Below, in pieces: positions 15,258 to 20,000 of a stretch of 20,000 nt of DNA (position 1 is its first letter; the number at the start of each line of letters is the position of its first letter). The notes beneath the pieces are model-generated. The model was not told the DNA's origin, made no database searches, and was given only the letters and a program-made list of their open reading frames with translations. Source of the DNA: an uncultured virus (IMG/VR IMGVR_UViG_3300042691_048960) (taxonomy: Duplodnaviria; Heunggongvirae; Uroviricota; Caudoviricetes). Where the stretch lies: IMG/VR virus record IMGVR_UViG_3300042691_048960. The stretch is one strand, 5' to 3'. Both the position numbers and the translations under genes were made by a program.

Positions 15258-15758
15258 ATGAAGATCTCCTCGCTGCTACCCAAGACAAGGCGTTCGCTGC
15301 TGCTCGCAACGGCGCAGTTTTCGGTGCTCGTGCTTGGTGCGGCGCTGGTGGGGCAGTATGGCTTTGACCTGTACCCTTGCGAGCTTTGCCTTTATCAGCG
15401 TTATCCTTATGTGGTGATTATTCTGGTGGGGCTGTATGGCAGTCTTTTTGCGCGTTCGCCAAAGCTGATATTCATGCTGCTTTTGCTGGTTTCTGCGATG
15501 TTTTTAACCACATCGGGGATTGCTTTTTACCACACGGGGGTGGAATATGGCTGGTTTCAGGGACCTTCTGCCTGTTCCGGTGGCGATAGCAGCAATCTGA
15601 CGCTGGAAGAAATGCGCGCGCAGATCATGAACGCGCCGCTGGTCTCCTGCGCGCAGGCGATGGCCTATATTTTCGGGCTGTCCATGGCGGCGTGGAATGC
15701 GATGCTATCTTTCGCCGCTGCGTGCGGCACATTGTGGCTGATGAGGAAAACGGTATGA
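15258..15758 (+). CDS. dsbB: Disulfide bond formation protein B family membrane protein
   Basis: ATG at 15258 (166 aa). PCELCLYQRYPY redox motif, AFYHTGVEYGW, a second Cys pair (PSAC...VSC), IFGLSMAAWN and four hydrophobic helices. Confidence 0.9.
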   Translation: MKISSLLPKTRRSLLLATAQFSVLVLGAALVGQYGFDLYPCELCLYQRYPYVVIILVGLYGSLFARSPKLIFMLLLLVSAMFLTTSGIAFYHTGVEYGWFQGPSACSGGDSSNLTLEEMRAQIMNAPLVSCAQAMAYIFGLSMAAWNAMLSFAAACGTLWLMRKTV

Positions 15759-16291
15759 CGCTGCCTGGTGATTTGACGCCTGCTCAGAAAACCCAGCGCA
15801 TGATCCGCGTGAATCATGCCGGCGAATATGGCGCGCAGCGTATTTATGCAGGCCAGCTTGCGGTGCTTGGAAAAAGTGACTCAGCACCCACGCTCAGACA
15901 CATGGCCGAGCAGGAGCAGGAGCATCTGGATGCTTTTTCACGCATGATGACGCAGCGCCGCGTGCGCCCAACCATGCTCATGCCACTGTGGCATATCGGC
16001 GGCTATGCGATGGGCGCGGCGACCGCGCTGATGGGCGAGAAAGCGGCGATGGCCTGCACGGTGGCGGTGGAATCGGTGATTGACGAGCATTATGCCGCGC
16101 AGCAAAAAGAGCTCGCCTGCGAGGATGATCATGAGCTTAAGTCTGCCATCGAAAAATTTCGAGCGGATGAAAAAGAGCATCACGATACCGCATTGAATCT
16201 TGGCGCAGAAGCGGCGCCTCTTTACCCAATCTTAACCTCTCTGATTGTATACCAGACCAAGCTTGCGATCTGGCTTTCGACGCGTATTTAA
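15755..16291 (+). CDS. coq7: Demethoxyubiquinone hydroxylase (Coq7 family di-iron protein)
   Basis: ATG at 15755 overlaps the dsbB stop (ATGA). MIRVNHAGEYGAQRIYAGQ, EQEH, AMACTVAVESVIDEHY and DEKEH carry the di-iron motifs. Confidence 0.93.
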   Translation: MTLPGDLTPAQKTQRMIRVNHAGEYGAQRIYAGQLAVLGKSDSAPTLRHMAEQEQEHLDAFSRMMTQRRVRPTMLMPLWHIGGYAMGAATALMGEKAAMACTVAVESVIDEHYAAQQKELACEDDHELKSAIEKFRADEKEHHDTALNLGAEAAPLYPILTSLIVYQTKLAIWLSTRI

Positions 16292-16390
16292 TCACACGAT
16301 GCGGAAGACTGTTGCAATCTACGCTACTATATGTAGTAGTGGTAGGGATGCTATTTCTGGAATGGTTGGTCATGAGTCAAGGCTGTTAAA

Positions 16391-18292
16391 ATGGGTCACG
16401 CAGGACGAGTTTTACCCTTGTGTGTGTGCTTTTTCCTGATAGCCAGCTGCAGTGACAGCGGTATCGGCAGGAAGTATGATCCCGAAAAGAAACACGATGT
16501 CATCGACGCTGACCGAGGGCTTGACCGGCAGGATTTTAAAGATCTGCATAACCTCGGAGCGTATGTTGATCCAAACGCACAGGTCAATGCCAATGTTCTT
16601 GAGCCGCCAATTCCTGACCTTGCAGAGATTCTAGCCGCGCCGCGCCCTCCTAAAATTGCTCAGGCGCAGCTGGTCTCTGTTGCAGTTACAGATGATGTGC
16701 CGCTGAAAGATGTGCTGGTGGAGCTCGCAAGGCTTGCAGATATCGATATTGAGGTGGATCCTGCGATTACTGGTGGCATTATTTTCCGCGCTAAGGATCG
16801 CCCGTTCAATGAGGTCATTGAGCGCATATCCGATCTTGCGGGGCTGCGCTACCGTGTGCAGAATAATGTGCTGCGCGTTGAGCGTGATCTGCCATTCATA
16901 CAGACTTACACGCTCGACATGCTCAATGAAAGAGCGCAGCAGGGCAGCACTCTGACATCTGCAAGCTCGTCAGGGGCTTCATCGTCATCCTCGGGTGGAT
17001 CAGCCTCAGCGGGTGCTTCTGCCGCTGCCGGCTCCAGCGGATCCACGACAGATCCTGCCCGCGAAGAATTCTGGAGAAAGTTTGAAGCTGGGGTGTCGCA
17101 GATTATTGCTTACAAGCCGGTTTCGCTGGTTTCTACCACAGATATGGCAACTCAGCCCACCGCTCCTACATCTGCTGCAAATAATACTGCGGCGCCAGCT
17201 GCCGCACCTGTCATTGCTCCAACGCCCATTCCTGCATCGCCTACCGGGAACAGCAGCAATGATGGTGTGAACTTCACGCTCAATCGTCAGGCAGGCACGC
17301 TCACGGTGCTCGCTACAGACCGCCAGCACGAAATGATCAAGCAGTTTATTCGTGCCGTAGATGCGAATGTTTCATCGCAGGTGTTAATTGAGGCGAAGAT
17401 TGTTGAGGTTTCGCTCAATGATCTTTACCAGACAGGGATTGACTGGAGCAAAATCGGAACTTCTATTAACTTTAGGGGGGATCTTGATCGTGTGCAGCCA
17501 AGCCTGCCGCGTGGAGGAGCCGCACAAATTACTCTTCTGAAAGACAACTTTCTGGGGGGTGCTGATTTGTCAGTGGCGATGAGTCTGCTCAATGAATTCG
17601 GCACTACTCGCGCCCTCTCCAGCCCGCGCCTCAGCGCGATGAACAACCAGAAGGCAGTCCTTTCATTCGTTGAAAACCTGCTTTATTTTGAAGTGGATTG
17701 TGAAGTAACACCTGGCACTGCAGCTACCCAGAATTCTCCAGCACTTCAGCCAACCATTGAGGTCGATAGTGAGAAGCGCGAAGAGCCGCTTGGTATCATC
17801 CTCAACCTACAACCTTCGATCAATCGGGAAACCAACGAGGTGACCCTCGGAATCAAGCCAGTCCTTAGCCGTTTGGTAAAAGTGGTGAGTGATCCTGGGT
17901 TTGAGCTTTGTAAAGCGCAGGCACTATCTCAGCCGGGTGTTTCCAGTGATGTCATTGATGCATTGGTAGGCATTAAAAGCGAATTTCCGCAGGTTGAAAA
18001 GCGCGAGCTGGATTCAATCCTCAAAATCAAAAGTGGTCAGGTGATGGTGATTGGCGGCCTGCTCGAAGACCGCGTTGTGAACAATGATTCCGGTGTTCCG
18101 GGTGTCAGTGAAGTTCCTTATCTCGGTAACTTCTTCAAGACGGTCGAAAAGACCAACCAGAAAAAAGAGCTGGTGATCCTGATCCGCGCGACGATTGTTG
18201 ATTCACAAGGCTATATGGACGCAGCTGATAAAGGCATTTACAAGAAATTTATTCAGGACCCTCGCCCAATTATTTTCCCTGAAGCACAATAA
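16391..18292 (+). CDS. Secretin (T2SS/type IV pilus outer-membrane channel; MshL/GspD/PilQ superfamily), probable lipoprotein
   Basis: 633 aa. Lipobox-like LIASC, N0-like VPLKDVLVELARLADIDI, QVLIEAKIVEV, ALSSPRLSAMNNQKA, GQVMVIGGL, GVPGVSEVPYLGNFF, KKELVILIRATIV. Confidence 0.9.
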   Translation: MGHAGRVLPLCVCFFLIASCSDSGIGRKYDPEKKHDVIDADRGLDRQDFKDLHNLGAYVDPNAQVNANVLEPPIPDLAEILAAPRPPKIAQAQLVSVAVTDDVPLKDVLVELARLADIDIEVDPAITGGIIFRAKDRPFNEVIERISDLAGLRYRVQNNVLRVERDLPFIQTYTLDMLNERAQQGSTLTSASSSGASSSSSGGSASAGASAAAGSSGSTTDPAREEFWRKFEAGVSQIIAYKPVSLVSTTDMATQPTAPTSAANNTAAPAAAPVIAPTPIPASPTGNSSNDGVNFTLNRQAGTLTVLATDRQHEMIKQFIRAVDANVSSQVLIEAKIVEVSLNDLYQTGIDWSKIGTSINFRGDLDRVQPSLPRGGAAQITLLKDNFLGGADLSVAMSLLNEFGTTRALSSPRLSAMNNQKAVLSFVENLLYFEVDCEVTPGTAATQNSPALQPTIEVDSEKREEPLGIILNLQPSINRETNEVTLGIKPVLSRLVKVVSDPGFELCKAQALSQPGVSSDVIDALVGIKSEFPQVEKRELDSILKIKSGQVMVIGGLLEDRVVNNDSGVPGVSEVPYLGNFFKTVEKTNQKKELVILIRATIVDSQGYMDAADKGIYKKFIQDPRPIIFPEAQ

Positions 18293-18300
18293 ATCGGCCT

Positions 18301-19059
18301 ATGAAGACCAATATCCACTATGTTCTGATCACTGCGCTTCGTGACTGGCTGTTTGTCGGTCTGATTGTCGGAGTGCTACTGGCAACTGCTATTTCAGCGA
18401 CTTTAGGCAGCACGGCATTTCTTGAAGAAAAAGAAATGACCATGACATTTGCGGCGGGCGCGTCGCGATTGATATTAATGGTGGGGCTCATTGTGTTTGT
18501 GTGCTTTCACATCCGCAATGCATTTGATACCAAGGAGATTGATGTCATCCTGTCCCGGCCGATTTCCAGGGCAAATCTGGTGGTTGCTTACTGGCTGGGT
18601 TTTTCGCTGGTGGCGTTGTTTCTGGTGCTGCCGGTGATTGCGATTCTGGCGGCGATTCAGCCGGTTCACTGGCTTGGCTTTGCGGGTTGGGCAGCCAGCC
18701 TGTTTCTTGAGGCGGTGCTGGTGGTGGCGCTTGCGCTGTTTAGCGCATTTACGCTGCGTAGCGCAGTGACGTCCGTGCTGGCATGCATGGGGTTTTATGT
18801 GCTCTCGCGCATGATGGCATTTTTTGTATTCACCGTTGAATCACCTATGTTCAATGATGTGAAATTCATTGTGCTTAAATACACCTTGATTGCGATTTCT
18901 TCGGTGGTGCCGAGGCTTGATTTCTTCGCTAAAACCGAGTGGCTTTCTTATGGCTTTTCATCGCCGCAGGATTGGCATGTGTTTGTGCTGCAGGTGCTGA
19001 TTTTTGTGCCGTTGCTGCTGCTGGCAACCATGGTGGATTTCAAGCGTAAGCAGTTTTAG
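18301..19059 (+). CDS. ABC-2-type permease-like integral membrane protein (PilI/XapB-like)
   Basis: 252 aa with about six hydrophobic segments. VILSRPISRANLVVAYWLG is an ABC-2 permease loop motif; C-terminal DFKRKQF. Confidence 0.7.
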   Translation: MKTNIHYVLITALRDWLFVGLIVGVLLATAISATLGSTAFLEEKEMTMTFAAGASRLILMVGLIVFVCFHIRNAFDTKEIDVILSRPISRANLVVAYWLGFSLVALFLVLPVIAILAAIQPVHWLGFAGWAASLFLEAVLVVALALFSAFTLRSAVTSVLACMGFYVLSRMMAFFVFTVESPMFNDVKFIVLKYTLIAISSVVPRLDFFAKTEWLSYGFSSPQDWHVFVLQVLIFVPLLLLATMVDFKRKQF

Positions 19060-19062
19060 CTC

Positions 19063-19782
19063 ATGGTCGGAACCTCCCCGCAGCGCTGGTTAAAAAACTA
19101 TGGCTTGCTGGTATTGTTTCTGGCACTGCAGAGTGCCTTCTGGCTGCAAACCCGAGCAATCAAGCCGGAAATGGGGGTGGTGCCGGATGTTCCCGGCCGC
19201 ACCGCAGTGCATGCGCTGGCGTTTGGTGATGATGAGTTCTTCTTTCGTGTGCTCGCGTTTAATATTCAAAACGCCGGAGATACCTACGGACGGTTCACTT
19301 CGCTGCGCCACTATGATATGCGCAAGCTTTATCACTGGTGGACGCTACTCGATGACCTGAATCCCAAGTCCAACATGCTGCCGGCGATGGCGTGTTATTA
19401 TTTTGCTCAGACTCAGAATGTCGCAGATATACGATATATCGTTGACTATCTCTATGAACACTCGACCCGCGATGTCCCAGCAAAATGGTGGTGGCTGATG
19501 CAGTCGATCTATCTATCACAGCATAAATTGCAGGATATGGATCTTGCGCTTAAAGTTTCACAGCCGATGGTAAACCCCGAAGTGCCAGCTTTTGCGCAGC
19601 AGATGGCGGCGGTGGTGCGGGAAAAGCGCGGCGAGTTTGAAGATGCGCTTTCGATCATGGAAACGATTCGTGACAATGCGAAGCATATCAAGGAATCAGA
19701 CCTTAAATTCATGACCTATTTTATCGAAGAGCGCCTGAAGCGCCTGGATGAAGTGCAGCAGAAATCCGCACCTTCACGGTAA
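19063..19782 (+). CDS. Membrane-anchored helical/TPR-like hypothetical protein
   Basis: 239 aa. N-terminal hydrophobic anchor (YGLLVLFLALQSAFWL) and a helical-repeat-like C-terminus. Starts 3 bp after the permease. Confidence 0.7.
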   Translation: MVGTSPQRWLKNYGLLVLFLALQSAFWLQTRAIKPEMGVVPDVPGRTAVHALAFGDDEFFFRVLAFNIQNAGDTYGRFTSLRHYDMRKLYHWWTLLDDLNPKSNMLPAMACYYFAQTQNVADIRYIVDYLYEHSTRDVPAKWWWLMQSIYLSQHKLQDMDLALKVSQPMVNPEVPAFAQQMAAVVREKRGEFEDALSIMETIRDNAKHIKESDLKFMTYFIEERLKRLDEVQQKSAPSR

Positions 19783-19873
19783 ACCAAAGCCTTACACTGA
19801 GTGGCTGGCGCGTAATAGACTTTCTTGCTAAGCTGGCTGGGCAATATCGCAATTTGCCATTTTTGGAGGTGAT

Positions 19874-20000
19874 ATGTATCCATTGCATTCTCAGATGCGC
19901 GGTGCAGCCCGCTGGCTTTTTTCAGAGCGAAACAAGGCCAAGGCCAAAGCCGCACGCGAGGAAATTGAGCGTGCCTTTACCGAGCACCCGAAGGAAACCG
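19874..20000 (+). CDS. Partial CDS running off the window, DUF6356-like
   Basis: Not in the ORF track. SD GGAGGT (19865-19870), ATG at 19874, open frame MYPLHSQMRGAARWLFSERNKAKAKAAREEIERAFTEHPKET. FTEHP recalls the DUF6356 N-terminal motif. Confidence 0.6.
   Translation, partial: MYPLHSQMRGAARWLFSERNKAKAKAAREEIERAFTEHPKET

Noticed and set aside
14960..15367. ORF 14960..15367 and the N-terminal extensions of ORFs 15141..15758 and 14516..14941
   Set aside because: They overlap the tRNA, the tRNA fragment and its promoter. Internal starts at 15258 and 14887 fit better.
16324..16339. Palindrome CTACTA-TATG-TAGTAG upstream of the secretin as an operator
   Set aside because: It is a single short instance with no convincing promoter spacing or known regulator match, so it is too weak to call.

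Overview
The window spans the junction between an integrated accessory (defence) island (about 1-15135, left end beyond the window) and alphaproteobacterial-like core genome (15136-20000). The island carries a tightly coupled seven-gene minus-strand operon: excisionase/MAD1-like HTH, SNF2 helicase, Type III R-M Mod, Type III Res, then an ABC-three-component (Lamassu-type) module made of an Mrr-like nuclease effector, a middle component and a zinc-hook ABC ATPase. A TM0106-family RecB-like nuclease converges on that operon, and three XRE regulators are present. At the right boundary, an apparent host tRNA-Leu(CAA) gene is cut off just after its anticodon loop, at a 7-8-7 inverted repeat resembling a recombinase core site. 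About 140 bp inside, the island carries a complete tRNA-Leu(CAA) of a different sequence, which suggests a disrupt-and-replace integration strategy. The core side encodes DsbB, Coq7, a lipoprotein secretin, an ABC-2-like permease, a membrane-anchored helical protein and a partial DUF6356-like gene. All family assignments come from motif recognition by eye; no database searches were run.
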